From Candidatus Omnitrophota bacterium (GTDB lineage: Bacteria > Omnitrophota > Gorgyraeia > Gorgyraeales > Gorgyraeaceae), in assembly GCA_043814965.1 (NCBI GenBank), contig JBDRJN010000032.1, positions 20,126-84,125 of the forward strand: a stretch of 64,000 nt of DNA. The letters are read 5' to 3'. Below, in pieces: positions 51,081 to 64,000 of the stretch. Both the position numbers and the translations under genes were made by a program. Positions within the stretch are counted from its first letter, which is position 1, and each line of letters opens with the position of its first letter. The notes below the pieces were generated by a model. That model searched no databases. It saw only the letters and a list, made by a program, of their open reading frames with translations, and was not told where the DNA came from.

Positions 51081-53507
51081 CTATTCTTCTTCTGGGACTA
51101 CGCGGGCAACAGTAGCAACAGTATCTCCGGAGTCTAGTTTTATTATGCGGACGCCCTGTGTGCTTCTTCCTGTTGCTCTTATGTCCTTGGCAGAGCATCT
51201 GACTATCATGCCTTTTTCAGTCATCACCATAAGTTCGTCCCTGTCATTTACCATCAAGACCCCTGTGGCTTCTCCGTTTTTCTTTGTAACGCTCACATTC
51301 TTGATCCCTTTGCCTCCTCGAGACTGTATTCTATATTCTTTTATAGAAGTCCTCTTTGCAAAACCCTGCGAAGTAACGGTCAAGACAGTCGCATCAGGCC
51401 TTACTATGTCCATGGCTATGACTTGATCTTTTTTGCCAAGGCTAATGCCCTTTACGCCCTTGGCGCCCCTGCCCATGTCTCTCACCTGTTTTTCTGAAAA
51501 ACGAATAGCCTTTTCATGCGAAGCCATCAATATCTCATGGGTCCCGTCCGTCCATTTGACCTCTATTAGTTCATCGTCTTTCTCGACGGTGATGCCTATG
51601 ATGCCGCCTTTTCTAGGATTGGAATAAGCCATCAAGTTGGTCTTTTTTATAAGGCCTTTTTTAGTTGCCATGACAAGGAAAAGCCCTTCTTTAAATTCTT
51701 TCACCCGTACATAAGAAGATATCTTCTCGCCCTGAGAAAGTTGAAGGAGGTTCACGACTGCTTTTCCTCTTGCTGAACGGCTTACCTGGGGTATTTCATA
51801 GACCTTTAACCAATGCGTTCTCCCTTGGTTTGTAAAAAACAGTATATATTCATGGGTCGAGGCTATAAAAAGATGTTCTACGAAATCCTCGTCTTTCATG
51901 TCGATCCCTGTTACCCCTACCCCGCCTCTTTTCTGTTTCCTGTAAGAACCTACCGGGAGCCGCTTTATATAACCAGAATGGCTTATCGTGATCACCATAT
52001 CCTCTTCTGCTATCAGGCCCTCTATCTCTATCTCTTCAGCTTTAGCGACTATATCCGTCCTTCTCTCATCGCCGTATTTTTTCCTAAGTTCCGCCAGCTC
52101 CTCTTTTATGATATCAAGTACTTTTTTGTCACTCTTAAGGATAGACTTATACAGCTCTATTTTTTTTATTAATTCAAGATATTCTTTATCTATCTTGTCT
52201 CTCTCAAGAGCTGTGAGACGCTGAAGCTGCATCTCTAAAATAGCCTGCGCCTGGGCCTCAGAAAGTCCAAAATCTTCCATTAATCTGGTTTTCGCTATTT
52301 TAGGGTCCTTTGATTCCCTTATTGCCTTTATGATCTTGGTTAAATTGTCTATGGCTATCTTAAGGCCTTCCAATATATGGGCCCTTTTTTCTGCCTTGTC
52401 TAACTCGAACTGAGTACGCCTGCGTACGATCTCGATCCTATGTTTTATATACAGTTCTAAGGCCTCTTTTAGGTTCAATACTTTTGGCTTTAGGTCTACC
52501 AGGGCCAGCATAATAATGCCAAAGGTGGTCTCCATCTGCGTGCGTTTATACAGCTGGTTTAGTATTATCTGGGCATTCTGGTCTCTCTTTAGATCGACAA
52601 CAATCCTCAAACCATCCTTATCGGATTCATCCCTTATATCCGATATACCCTCGAGCTTTTTATCTTGCACAAGGCTTGCCATATTCTCTATAAGTTTTGA
52701 TTTATTGACCTGGTATGGGATCTCTGTGATAACAATGGATTCCTTGCCGCTTTTTTGCTGTTCGATGGAAGCCCTTGCATGGACCTTTAAAAGCCCCCTG
52801 CCTGTTTCATAAGCGCTCTTTATGCCTTCCCTGCCGCAAATAATCCCTCCAGTAGGAAAATCAGGGCCTTTGACTATCTTCATCAGGTCTTTTATGGAGA
52901 CTTCCGGCTCATCTATTATTTTTATAACTGCATCTAATACCTCTGTCAGGTTGTGAGGCGGTATATTTGTGGCCATACCGACAGCTATACCGCTAGAACC
53001 ATTTACAAGAAGACACGGGAGTTTCGCCGGCATTACTGTAGGCTCCTCTAATGTCTCGTCAAAATTAGGCGTAAAATCAACTGTGCCCTTTTCAATATCT
53101 GAAAGCATCTCCGCGGCGATAGCTGACATGCGCGCTTCTGTATATCTCATAGCTGCGGGGGCATCGCCATCCACAGACCCAAAGTTGCCTTGGCCATCGA
53201 TAAGAGGGTACCTTAAAGAAAAATCCTGCACCATTCTTACCATGGAATCATATACTGCCATATCCCCGTGAGGATGGTATTTACCAAGGCATTCTCCAAC
53301 GATCCTTGCTGATTTTTTGTAAGACTTTGTATGTTCCAGCCCAAGCTCTTTCATAGAATATAGTATTCTTCTATGGACTGGTTTAAGGCCGTCTCTCACG
53401 TCGGGCAGAGCCCTTCCTACTATTACGCTCATAGCGTAAGTTATGTAGGATTTTTTCATTTCATCTTCTATATATACTGGTATGAGTTTTTCGTTCTGCG
53501 CGTACAT
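51081..53507 (-). CDS. gyrA: DNA gyrase subunit A
   Basis: 808 aa. The active-site Tyr region is AAMRYTE, followed by a C-terminal beta-pinwheel. Confidence 0.95.
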   Translation of the reverse strand: MYAQNEKLIPVYIEDEMKKSYITYAMSVIVGRALPDVRDGLKPVHRRILYSMKELGLEHTKSYKKSARIVGECLGKYHPHGDMAVYDSMVRMVQDFSLRYPLIDGQGNFGSVDGDAPAAMRYTEARMSAIAAEMLSDIEKGTVDFTPNFDETLEEPTVMPAKLPCLLVNGSSGIAVGMATNIPPHNLTEVLDAVIKIIDEPEVSIKDLMKIVKGPDFPTGGIICGREGIKSAYETGRGLLKVHARASIEQQKSGKESIVITEIPYQVNKSKLIENMASLVQDKKLEGISDIRDESDKDGLRIVVDLKRDQNAQIILNQLYKRTQMETTFGIIMLALVDLKPKVLNLKEALELYIKHRIEIVRRRTQFELDKAEKRAHILEGLKIAIDNLTKIIKAIRESKDPKIAKTRLMEDFGLSEAQAQAILEMQLQRLTALERDKIDKEYLELIKKIELYKSILKSDKKVLDIIKEELAELRKKYGDERRTDIVAKAEEIEIEGLIAEEDMVITISHSGYIKRLPVGSYRKQKRGGVGVTGIDMKDEDFVEHLFIASTHEYILFFTNQGRTHWLKVYEIPQVSRSARGKAVVNLLQLSQGEKISSYVRVKEFKEGLFLVMATKKGLIKKTNLMAYSNPRKGGIIGITVEKDDELIEVKWTDGTHEILMASHEKAIRFSEKQVRDMGRGAKGVKGISLGKKDQVIAMDIVRPDATVLTVTSQGFAKRTSIKEYRIQSRGGKGIKNVSVTKKNGEATGVLMVNDRDELMVMTEKGMIVRCSAKDIRATGRSTQGVRIIKLDSGDTVATVARVVPEEE

Positions 53508-53509
53508 AG

Positions 53510-56234
<2,725 letters not shown>

Positions 56235-56238
<4 letters not shown>

Positions 56239-57326
56239 GCAAGCTGCATAGGAAGCACTAGATACACGTACCAGTCCTCTATCCTTATAACAGCTGGTTT
56301 GTCCGGCCCTAATAACTCTATCTCTATCTCGTCTTTTGGTATTACCTTTAATATATCTATAAGATAGGCCGGGTTAAAACCCACCACAACATCGTGTCCT
56401 TTATAATTAGCTGCAAGTTCTTCTTTTACTTCTCCTATGTTTGGGCTTGATTTTGAGATTATGATCTTGTTTTTTAATATTTCGATCTTTATTGACCTCG
56501 AGTCCTGTGTTGTCAAAAGCGACGCCCTTCTTACGCTCGAGAGAAACTCTTCCCTTTGTATTAAGATCTTCTCTTTTGCTTCTTTGGGGATCACCTGTTC
56601 GTAGTTCGGGAAATCCCCTTCTATAAGCCTCGAGATGATCGTAATGTTGTTTAGTTCGAACCTGGCCTGGTTTTCTCCCAGCGTTATTTTCACATCCCCG
56701 TCGTCTTCTAAGACCCTGGTCAATTCATATATCGTTTTGGATGGGACTATTATAGATTTATTCAAAACCCCTTCTTTTAGGTCTTTTTTGATAAAGCTTA
56801 GCCTCTTTCCATCGGTGGTAACTATGCTGAGTTTATTATCATTAAATAAGAACAACGCGCCGTTCAAGACATATCTGGTCTCATCATGCGAAATCGAAAA
56901 ATGCACCATATTAAGCATTGTCTTTAGTATGTTTTGGTCTAGTATAATATTTTTCTCGTCTTTAAATTCTGGTAATCTAGGAAAATCTTCTTTTGGTAGG
57001 CCTAATAGCTTAAAATGGCATTTACTGCATTTTATTATAATAGAATTGTTTTTCATGGTACTTATGGATATGTCTTCGTTTGGTAATTCTTTTATAATAT
57101 CATTGAACCTCTTTGCTGGTATTGTAATAGCCCCCTCTTCCTCTACTTCCGCGGTTAGTGTGGATATAATACCTATATCTAAATCCGTGCTAGTAAGTCT
57201 TATCTGGTCATCTTTTGCTTCTATTAAAATATTTGATAGTACAGGTAAACTGCTTTTAGCAGATATCACGTTCTGGACATGTTGTATGTTTTTTATAAGA
57301 TCGTTCTTTAAGGCTTTTATTTTCAC
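56235..57326 (-). CDS. dnaN: DNA polymerase III beta sliding clamp
   Basis: 363 aa with three clamp domains and a GTG start. Confidence 0.9.
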
Positions 57327-57481
57327 AGTATCCCCCGATAGTCTTTTATTATCTTTTATATTGAAAGGTAGTCTTAATAGTACTAAATAATGTTGATATG
57401 TTGATAACTACCAAACCAATCCCTATCATTATAGTTAGGAATTAAATTTAGTCCACAAAAAAATATAATTTATTAACAATA
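57327..57481. promoter_or_regulatory. Candidate oriC / DNA-unwinding element in the dnaA-dnaN spacer
   Basis: AT-rich 155 bp containing degenerate DnaA-box-like 9-mers (TGTTGATAT, TGTTGATAA, TAGTCCACA) and an A/T run (AAAAAAATATAATTTATTAACAATA). It is adjacent to the global strand switch at dnaA/rpmH. Confidence 0.35.
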
Positions 57482-58819
57482 CTAACTATTTATCTCCAAC
57501 ATAAGCCGGTTTATAAAGTTCTTAACATTTTGATTCTTCTTTAAATCCTTCTGGATCTTATCACATGCGTGTATTACTGTAGAGTGGTCCCTTCCCCCAA
57601 AGCGCTCTCCTATATCCGGCAAGGTCATGTTGGTCAACTCTCTGGAGAGATACATGGCTACTTGTCTTGGGTAGACAACCTGCTTGTTCCTTTTTTTTGT
57701 CTTCATGTCAGATATTTTTATATCAAAATAACCCGCTACTTTTTTTTGTATAAGCTCAACGGATATTTTTTTATCTTTTTCTAAAAAGGCGTCTTTCAAG
57801 ATATCTTTGGTCAGCTCGAGGGTTATTTTTTTATTTTCTAACGATGAGTAAGCTATTACTTTTACAAGGGCCCCTTCCAGCTCACGGATATTGGTCTTTA
57901 TTGTTTCTGCTATAAGATACAAGACGTCCGTTGGAAGGTTCATAGCGTTTTTCTCGGCCTTCTTTTTTAAAATAGCTATACGTGTTTCCAGGTCCGGCGG
58001 CTGTACGTCAGTGACAAGCCCCCACTCGAACCTGGACACAAGCCTTTCTTCCAGGCCTGGTATTGTCTTTGGCGAGCGGTCGCTTGAAAGGACTATTTGT
58101 TTATGAGCGTCGTATAAGGCATTGAAAGTGTGGAAAAACTCTTCCTGAGTGGATTCTTTCCCAGCTATAAAATGCACATCATCTATTAGTAGCACATCGA
58201 CATGCCTGTATTTTTCTCTGAAACTGGAAGTAGACCTGTTTTTTATGGAATTTATAAGTTCATTTGTAAAACTTTCGCTGGAGGTGTAAAAGGTCTTAAG
58301 GTTTTTATGCATCTCTGATACATAATGACAAGCAGCCTGCATCAGATGGGTCTTGCCAAGCCCTACACCACCGTATATAAATAATGGATTATATGCCTTT
58401 GCAGGCGACTCGGCTATTGCCATAGTAGCGGCATGCGCGAATCTGTTGGAAGAACCGACAACAAAGCCCTCGAAGGTATAGCTGGGGTTGAGGTAAAATG
58501 GTTTTTTTTGCGCAGGTTGTTGCGAGGGTTGTATTATTTTGTCAGGAGAGCTATCTGCCAAACCAGACTGCGCCTTTACCTCGAATTGCAAAGACAAAGT
58601 CTTGCCTATGGTCTTTAAAATAGCTATATTTAAAGCATCTCTGTAGTGGTCATATATCCAATCCTTGAAGAAATTCGAGGGTACCTGTATAGATATGCTG
58701 TCATCAGATATCGAAACAAGGCGTGTCTGGATAAACCAGTTTTCAAAAGCCCTGTCCCCTATCTCTTCTTTTGTGTAAGCGAGGATTTTGTTCCATATGT
58801 TAGACAAGTCTGTAGTCAT
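57482..58819 (-). CDS. dnaA: Chromosomal replication initiator DnaA
   Basis: 445 aa with an AAA+ domain (GGVGLGKTHL) and a C-terminal DnaA-box-binding domain. Confidence 0.95.
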   Translation of the reverse strand: MTTDLSNIWNKILAYTKEEIGDRAFENWFIQTRLVSISDDSISIQVPSNFFKDWIYDHYRDALNIAILKTIGKTLSLQFEVKAQSGLADSSPDKIIQPSQQPAQKKPFYLNPSYTFEGFVVGSSNRFAHAATMAIAESPAKAYNPLFIYGGVGLGKTHLMQAACHYVSEMHKNLKTFYTSSESFTNELINSIKNRSTSSFREKYRHVDVLLIDDVHFIAGKESTQEEFFHTFNALYDAHKQIVLSSDRSPKTIPGLEERLVSRFEWGLVTDVQPPDLETRIAILKKKAEKNAMNLPTDVLYLIAETIKTNIRELEGALVKVIAYSSLENKKITLELTKDILKDAFLEKDKKISVELIQKKVAGYFDIKISDMKTKKRNKQVVYPRQVAMYLSRELTNMTLPDIGERFGGRDHSTVIHACDKIQKDLKKNQNVKNFINRLMLEINS

Positions 58820-58871
58820 AGGTCAGAACATTATAACAAGGACCAATTTCATTTTCAAGCAAAATTTTCTC

Positions 58872-58899
58872 TTGACGATAAAATGCAATGTGTTATAAT
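58872..58899 (+). promoter_or_regulatory. Sigma-70 promoter for rpmH-rnpA-yidD-yidC
   Basis: TTGACG, a 16-nt spacer, then TATAAT. An AGGAGA SD follows, then a GTG start. Confidence 0.5.
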
Positions 58900-58924
58900 A
58901 GCTCCCTTACAAGGAGAGATAATC

Positions 58925-59062
58925 GTGAAGAAAAATCTTACCCGAAAAAGCAATTTAAAGCGTAAACGCAAACATGGTTTTAGGCGTAGAATGCGTAGCG
59001 CCAAGGGGCGTAACATCTTGAAGCGCAGACGAAGAAAAGGCAAGGCTAGGCTTACTGTTTGA
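58925..59062 (+). CDS. rpmH: Ribosomal protein L34
   Basis: 45 aa (VKKNLTRKSNLKRKRKHGFRRRMRSAKGRNILKRRRRKGKARLTV), embedded in the longer track ORF 58646..59062. Confidence 0.85.
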   Translation: MKKNLTRKSNLKRKRKHGFRRRMRSAKGRNILKRRRRKGKARLTV

Positions 59063-59439
59063 TGAAACGCAACGCCTTTGCCAAAAAAGAGCGCCTAAAA
59101 AAATATGACCAAATCAAAGAGATCTTCCGCCGAGGCATCCCATTTAAAGGCAAGTTTTTAAAGGCATATTTCCTGGAAAGAGAAAAAGAGTTTTCCGGAA
59201 ACAGGGTTGCTTTTTTGGTCGGAAAACATTTATATAATAAAAAAGCAGTTTTAAGGAATCAGTACAGGCGGATCTTACGAGAGGCCTACAGGAACACAAA
59301 ACACAGCTTGGATGGTTCTTTTGATATAGTGCTCACAGCTGGTAGTATATCAAAAAATACGACCCTAGAAGCCATCAAGGGGGATCTTGAGAATGTCTTT
59401 AAAAGGTGTAATAAAAAATATAATAAGATTTTATCATAA
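59059..59439 (+). CDS. rnpA: RNase P protein component
   Basis: 126 aa, basic, in the conserved position after rpmH. Confidence 0.85.
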   Translation: MMKRNAFAKKERLKKYDQIKEIFRRGIPFKGKFLKAYFLEREKEFSGNRVAFLVGKHLYNKKAVLRNQYRRILREAYRNTKHSLDGSFDIVLTAGSISKNTTLEAIKGDLENVFKRCNKKYNKILS

Positions 59440-59611
59440 CTATTTATCCAGCTTTATGTTATGTAAATGTAGGTATTACCCTACATGCTCCAGTTATACT
59501 ATAGAAGCAATAGAAGATAAAGGCGTTGTTGTAGGGTTGGCCAAGGGGTTTTTAAGGATATTGCGTTGCAATCCTTTTTGCCATGGAGGTTATGACCCTT
59601 ATAAAAAGTAA
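59387..59611 (+). CDS. yidD: Membrane protein insertion efficiency factor YidD
   Basis: Carries the YidD motif (RYYPTCSSYTIEAI...RCNPFCHGGYDP). Confidence 0.8.
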   Translation: MRMSLKGVIKNIIRFYHNYLSSFMLCKCRYYPTCSSYTIEAIEDKGVVVGLAKGFLRILRCNPFCHGGYDPYKK

Positions 59612-59629
59612 AGTAAAGAAAGGGAGATA

Positions 59630-61213
59630 ATGGAAAAAAGACTTATTACAGCTGTAGTATTGTCTATGGTAGTATTGCTTTTATATCCGGCTATTGTAGC
59701 AAAATTTAACCCTTCAATAGCAACCAGCGATAAAGGCATGTTATCACAATTACCTGAAAATAGAGATGTTATAGACAAACCTACGATGATAGATAGTGTG
59801 ATACAAGAAGAGGCGGCCACAGCAAGCGCCGCATCAAATATATTTAATTTTAATAATGATAGATATGTCATAAATATATCAGATCTTGGCGGTGGGATAC
59901 GAGATATAGAGATACAGGATGGAATAAGGCCGGACACAAGATTAGTAGAGAATGCATTATATGGATCCAGCATTCTGTCAATGGAAGGCAAGGGGGCCCT
60001 GCAGGGTATATCATCACAACTATTTGATATAGAAGAAGCTGCAAAAAAAATTAGTACAGATATTAATGGCCTTACAGTTAAAAAATCTTTTGTGTTTTTG
60101 AAGGATAAGTATGCTATATCAGCGTCGATAAATATTAAAAACAATTCTGATACAAAAAAGTTTTATGCGTTTAGCCTTGTGACAGCTTCCAATATCTCCA
60201 ACAAAGATAAGTTTGAATCAAGGTATTTAGAGGCAGATGTATTATATAGCGATGGAAGATTTAAAAAAATAGGAGGCCCTAACTTTAAAGATAGTAATAT
60301 GTTAGAACAAAACAACATCACCTGGATCGCTTTAAAAAATAAATATTACTCAATAATAGCTGCGCCTGACTTTGATGTAAAAAGCGTTTTTACTAGAAGC
60401 AAAAACAAATTACCTGTAATTGGTCTTAATGTAGAAGATGAAACATTGCTGCCAGGAGAAAAAAAGACATATAATGTGTTGTTCTATATAGGGCCTACAG
60501 ACATAGAGGAACTAGAAAAAGTAGACTCATCTTTTGGCAAGGCTTTAAATTTTGGGATATTTACCAGCATAGGTCTTGTTCTTTTGAGTGTACTCAAGTT
60601 TTTCTACGGAATATTTAATAATTATGGCATTGCGATACTGCTTTTGACGTTTTGTGTGAGCATGCTGCTCTTTCCGCTTTCATTCAAAAGCATGCAATCA
60701 ATGAAAAATATGCAGGCATTACAGCCTCAAATGGAAAAACTCAGAAAAGACTATAAAGACAACCCGCAGAAGTTAAACAAAGAAATGATGGAGCTTTATC
60801 GTCGGCATAAGGTAAATCCAATGGGTGGATGTTTCCCGATGCTTTTACAGATGCCTATATTCATCTCTTTATATCAGACCTTGATGAGATCTGTTGAATT
60901 AAAAGGCGCTAGCTTTTTATGGATAAAGGACTTATCAATGCCAGATAGGGCATTTACTCTTCCTACGACATTGCCTTTTCTGGGAGATGCAATAAATTTG
61001 TTGCCAATTTTAATGATAGGTGCTATGATAATACAACAAAAGCTTTCTCAAGGCAAAGCTGCTCAGACCGAACAACAAAAGATGATGACATCGATAATGC
61101 CTGTGATGTTTGGCTTTATTTTTTATTCATTACCGTCGGGGCTGGTACTTTATTGGCTGACAAATACTCTAATCACAAGCTCTATGCAGTATATGTTGCT
61201 TAGAAAATCCTAA
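59630..61213 (+). CDS. yidC: Membrane protein insertase YidC
   Basis: 527 aa with a periplasmic domain plus the conserved C-terminal 5-TM core. Confidence 0.9.
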   Translation: MEKRLITAVVLSMVVLLLYPAIVAKFNPSIATSDKGMLSQLPENRDVIDKPTMIDSVIQEEAATASAASNIFNFNNDRYVINISDLGGGIRDIEIQDGIRPDTRLVENALYGSSILSMEGKGALQGISSQLFDIEEAAKKISTDINGLTVKKSFVFLKDKYAISASINIKNNSDTKKFYAFSLVTASNISNKDKFESRYLEADVLYSDGRFKKIGGPNFKDSNMLEQNNITWIALKNKYYSIIAAPDFDVKSVFTRSKNKLPVIGLNVEDETLLPGEKKTYNVLFYIGPTDIEELEKVDSSFGKALNFGIFTSIGLVLLSVLKFFYGIFNNYGIAILLLTFCVSMLLFPLSFKSMQSMKNMQALQPQMEKLRKDYKDNPQKLNKEMMELYRRHKVNPMGGCFPMLLQMPIFISLYQTLMRSVELKGASFLWIKDLSMPDRAFTLPTTLPFLGDAINLLPILMIGAMIIQQKLSQGKAAQTEQQKMMTSIMPVMFGFIFYSLPSGLVLYWLTNTLITSSMQYMLLRKS

Positions 61214-61222
61214 GAGGTCTTT

Positions 61223-61444
61223 ATGACAAAAGATAGTAAGATTTATATAAAAAAAGACTCGGAAGAAGTTGAGGTAGAGGCAAAAACAGCCCAGGAAGCT
61301 ATCAGAATAGCTCTTGATAGGTTAGGTACTACACAGGAAGATGTTGATATAAGGGTCTTGAGAGAAGAATATAAAGGTTTGTTTAGTATGCAAGGTTCTA
61401 AATTAGCCAAGGTTAATGTTAAAAAGAAGTTACATAAAAATTGA
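61223..61444 (+). CDS. Jag N-terminal-domain-only protein
   Basis: 73 aa in the jag position after yidC, with a Jag_N-like motif. No KH/R3H domains follow. Confidence 0.45.
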   Translation: MTKDSKIYIKKDSEEVEVEAKTAQEAIRIALDRLGTTQEDVDIRVLREEYKGLFSMQGSKLAKVNVKKKLHKN

Positions 61445-61465
61445 TACGGTTATAATACAGCATTT

Positions 61466-62275
61466 ATGGGCAAAATAATAGCTATTTGTAATCAAAAAGG
61501 TGGAGTAGGAAAAACAACAACCACTATAAATTTAGGCTACTATCTAGCATACAGAGATAAGAAAGTATTATTAGTAGATTTTGATCCTCAGGCAAACGCA
61601 ACAAGTGGTTTGGGCGTAAGTAAAACAGGCCTAACTCATAATATCTATGATGTATTGATCAATAATGTAAATATCAAAGATATCTTACAAGAAGTGTTCA
61701 TGCCTAATTTAAAGATAGCTCCTTCGAATATTGATCTTACTGGGGCAGAGATAGAGTTGATCAGTTTGATGAATAGAGAATATAGGCTTAAAAATGCATT
61801 AAAAGGCCTAGAAGAAGAATACGATTTTATACTTATAGATTCCCCACCTTCTTTAGGATTATTGACAATAAACGCACTCGCAGCTAGTAATTCAGTCCTT
61901 ATACCAATACAGTGTGAATATTATGCGCTCGAAGGCCTAAGCCAGTTACTTAATACAGTCAATATTGTAAAAGAAAACCTAAACCAAGAACTTGAAGTCG
62001 AGGGGGTTTTACTCACAATGGCTGACTATAGAACTAATTTAACATTAGAGGTGATTAAAGAAGCAAGAGGGTATTTTAAAGAAAAAGTTTTTAATACAAC
62101 TATTCCAAGAAGCATTAGGCTAAGCGAAGCACCTGGTTTTGGAAAACCAATACATCTCTATGACAAGAATTCAAGCGGTGCAAAAACATATCTTTCTCTT
62201 GCAATGGAGGTATTGGGTGAAAACATACAGGAAGGAGCAGAAGAATGGAAAAAAGAGTTCTCGGAAGAGGTTTAG
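61466..62275 (+). CDS. parA: Chromosome partitioning ATPase ParA/Soj
   Basis: 269 aa with a deviant Walker A motif (KGGVGKTT). Confidence 0.9.
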   Translation: MGKIIAICNQKGGVGKTTTTINLGYYLAYRDKKVLLVDFDPQANATSGLGVSKTGLTHNIYDVLINNVNIKDILQEVFMPNLKIAPSNIDLTGAEIELISLMNREYRLKNALKGLEEEYDFILIDSPPSLGLLTINALAASNSVLIPIQCEYYALEGLSQLLNTVNIVKENLNQELEVEGVLLTMADYRTNLTLEVIKEARGYFKEKVFNTTIPRSIRLSEAPGFGKPIHLYDKNSSGAKTYLSLAMEVLGENIQEGAEEWKKEFSEEV

Positions 62276-63111
62276 GAGCTTTAATTCCTGAAAGATCATC
62301 CATAGATAAGGAAAGGATCTTGGAATCAAAAATCAACCAAGGCATAGCCAATGTCCCTATTGATAAGATCAAGGCTAATAAATATCAGCCAAGGGGAGAG
62401 TTCGATAAAAAGGCATTAGAAGACCTGGCTAACTCTATAAGAGAAAAAGGCGTAATACAGCCTGTATTGATAAGGGCAAAACAAGATGAATATGAGCTTA
62501 TAGCTGGCGAACGCAGGTTTAGGGCAGCTCAGATCCTTAACCTAAAAGAAATCCCTGCTATAATAAAAGATGTATCAGATTTAGACTCTTTTGAGATATC
62601 AATAATAGAAAATGTCCAAAGAGAAGATTTAAACCCTATTGACCAGGCAAAGGCATATAAAAGGCTTGTGGATGAATTTAGCATGACACAAGAAAAGATA
62701 GCAGATACTATTGGTAAAGATAGAGCTACTGTTGCCAATATACTAAGATTGCTAAAGCTACCACAGAAGATACAGGAATATGTTTCACGTGGAACAATTT
62801 CAATGGGACATGCAAGAGCAATATTAGGCTTGTCAGACCCAAAAGAACAAATGAGGCTTTGTACAAAACTTGTCAAAAATGATCTATCTGTAAGAGATGC
62901 AGAGAGATACGCGAAAAAACTAGGAGTTTCTACAGTAAAAAAACAATCCAGCGTAGATCCGAATCTAGTATCTTTAGAAGAGCACCTGAGAGAAGTCTTG
63001 GGAACAAAAGTAAAGATATTGAGATCTAAAAAAGGTGGTAAAATAGAAATAGAATTTTATTCTGACTCAGAACTAGAAAAAATCATAAGTCTTTTAAAAT
63101 CAAATAGATAG
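62245..63111 (+). CDS. parB: Chromosome partitioning protein ParB/Spo0J
   Basis: 288 aa with GERRFRAA and a ParB HTH. Confidence 0.9.
   Translation: MEKRVLGRGLGALIPERSSIDKERILESKINQGIANVPIDKIKANKYQPRGEFDKKALEDLANSIREKGVIQPVLIRAKQDEYELIAGERRFRAAQILNLKEIPAIIKDVSDLDSFEISIIENVQREDLNPIDQAKAYKRLVDEFSMTQEKIADTIGKDRATVANILRLLKLPQKIQEYVSRGTISMGHARAILGLSDPKEQMRLCTKLVKNDLSVRDAERYAKKLGVSTVKKQSSVDPNLVSLEEHLREVLGTKVKILRSKKGGKIEIEFYSDSELEKIISLLKSNR
62781..62796. promoter_or_regulatory. parS-like centromere site inside parB
   Basis: TGTTTCACGTGGAACA matches the parS consensus TGTTTCACGTGAAACA at 15 of 16 positions. Confidence 0.55.
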
Positions 63112-63132
63112 GATTTTGGAGGGTAATGCAAT

Positions 63133-63636
63133 ATGTCTCAGCAAACATTAGTGCTTATTAAGCCAGACGGACTTAAAAAGTCTTTAACAGGCAATATCCT
63201 TACCAGGTTGTCTGAAACAAAGCTTGAAATAGTTGCAGCTAAAATAGTTAGGGTAAGTAAGGAGCTTGCGGAAGAGCATTATAAACACCTAAAACAGGAA
63301 AAGTTTTTCAAAGAGCTTATTAGCTATATACAAGGTGAATACCATGATAGACGTAAAGTTATGGCGATGGTCTATTGGGGAGATGACGCAATTGATAAAG
63401 TAAGGCAGCTTGCAGGAGCTACTAACCCAGAAGAGGCAGACTCTACTTCTATAAGAGGTGCTTTTGGCAGGATCACCACAAGAGGTGTATATGAGAATGT
63501 ATTACATGCCTCAGCAAACGAAAAAGATGCTGAACGGGAAATAAAGCTTTGGTTTGAACCAGGCGAAATCATAGTCGATCTATATCCTACCAAAGAAGCA
63601 GGCGCTACCAGTACGAAGAAACGTACGTGGCTATAA
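63133..63636 (+). CDS. ndk: Nucleoside diphosphate kinase-like protein
   Basis: 167 aa with an NDK fold (LIKPDG). The active-site motif reads NVLHASA rather than the canonical NxxHGSD. Confidence 0.75.
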   Translation: MSQQTLVLIKPDGLKKSLTGNILTRLSETKLEIVAAKIVRVSKELAEEHYKHLKQEKFFKELISYIQGEYHDRRKVMAMVYWGDDAIDKVRQLAGATNPEEADSTSIRGAFGRITTRGVYENVLHASANEKDAEREIKLWFEPGEIIVDLYPTKEAGATSTKKRTWL

Positions 63637-63662
63637 CAAGATATAAACGTTCAAGGTGTTTT

Positions 63663-64000
63663 ATGATCAAAAGCATGACAGGTTTTGGAAAAGGAGAGGA
63701 AACAAGCAGGCTGGGCAGTTTTACAGTAGAAATACGCACAGTAAACCATAGATATTTTGATCTATCTACCAGGATACCAGCTAGTTTTAGTCAATTGGAG
63801 GAGCACCTCAAGGCATACATCCATTCTTTTGTCAAGAGAGGTAAGGTGAATTGTTCTGTGTCTATCAAGAAGAACGGGAAGGATTTTGATTTTGTAAGAC
63901 TTGACGAAAAGGCAATGAAGAATTATTACAAGATCCTGTTAAACATGAAGAATAAGTTAAAGCTAAAGGACGATATCAAGCTTTCTCACATTTTATCTTT
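63663..64000 (+). CDS. YicC-family stress-induced protein. N-terminal part; it continues past the window end and is not in the ORF track.
   Basis: Hand translation gives MIKSMTGFGKGEETSRLGSFTVEIRTVNHRYFD, a typical YicC N-terminus. Confidence 0.55.
   Translation, partial: MIKSMTGFGKGEETSRLGSFTVEIRTVNHRYFDLSTRIPASFSQLEEHLKAYIHSFVKRGKVNCSVSIKKNGKDFDFVRLDEKAMKNYYKILLNMKNKLKLKDDIKLSHILS

Overview
This is a low-GC window from a diderm (LPS-containing) bacterium covering the chromosomal replication-origin neighbourhood. The gene content is sharply strand-biased. The minus strand carries dnaA, dnaN, a DUF721/DciA-like gene, gyrB and gyrA at the right, then tRNA-Glu, hisG, split transketolase, ispE, spoVG, tRNA-Gln, glmU-prs-ctc-pth, rpsF-ssb-rpsR-rplI-dnaB, and a long outer-membrane/lipid A operon (bamA, skp, lpxD, an lpxC-fabZ fusion, lpxA, lpxI). 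That operon runs without a break into a GAF-ANTAR regulator, queF, a second glnA and two secreted or membrane proteins. Further left on the minus strand there is a dense nitrogen-assimilation island: an ECF sigma gene, porin-amt-glnK, amt-glnB, glnA, a small Fis-type HTH gene, and gltB-gltD. Then follow a PEP/pyruvate-binding ATP-grasp protein, carA, carB, purF, pyrG, three small envelope genes and a partial AsmA/TamB-like gene at the window start. The plus strand carries rpmH-rnpA-yidD-yidC-jag-parA-parB-ndk-yicC from the dnaA strand-switch point onward.

The most interesting feature is a roughly 110-140 bp promoter/leader module present three times, upstream of glnA1, amt1-glnB1 and porin-amt2-glnK2. 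Each copy has conserved blocks, a CACAAA/TTTGTG palindrome and a conserved 5' terminator arm, and each is followed by a terminator-like stem and a U tract 40-70 nt before the start codon. This architecture is what a terminator/antiterminator attenuator looks like. The GAF-ANTAR protein and the small Fis-type HTH protein, both encoded in the same locus, are the candidate regulators.

Other notable items, in the order they are reported below:
- An inverted-repeat-bounded 212-bp structured element between glnK2 and amt1.
- Tandem heptamer repeats upstream of skp and glmU.
- A SpoVG with an inserted zinc ribbon.
- A 31-aa hyper-basic small ORF between hisG and the TPR gene.
- An orphan plus-strand terminator next to the hisG promoter.
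- A candidate oriC in the dnaA-dnaN spacer.

No CRISPR arrays, transposases or integrases were seen. Hand-derived coordinates may be off by 1-3 nt; gene coordinates follow the ORF track except where noted.
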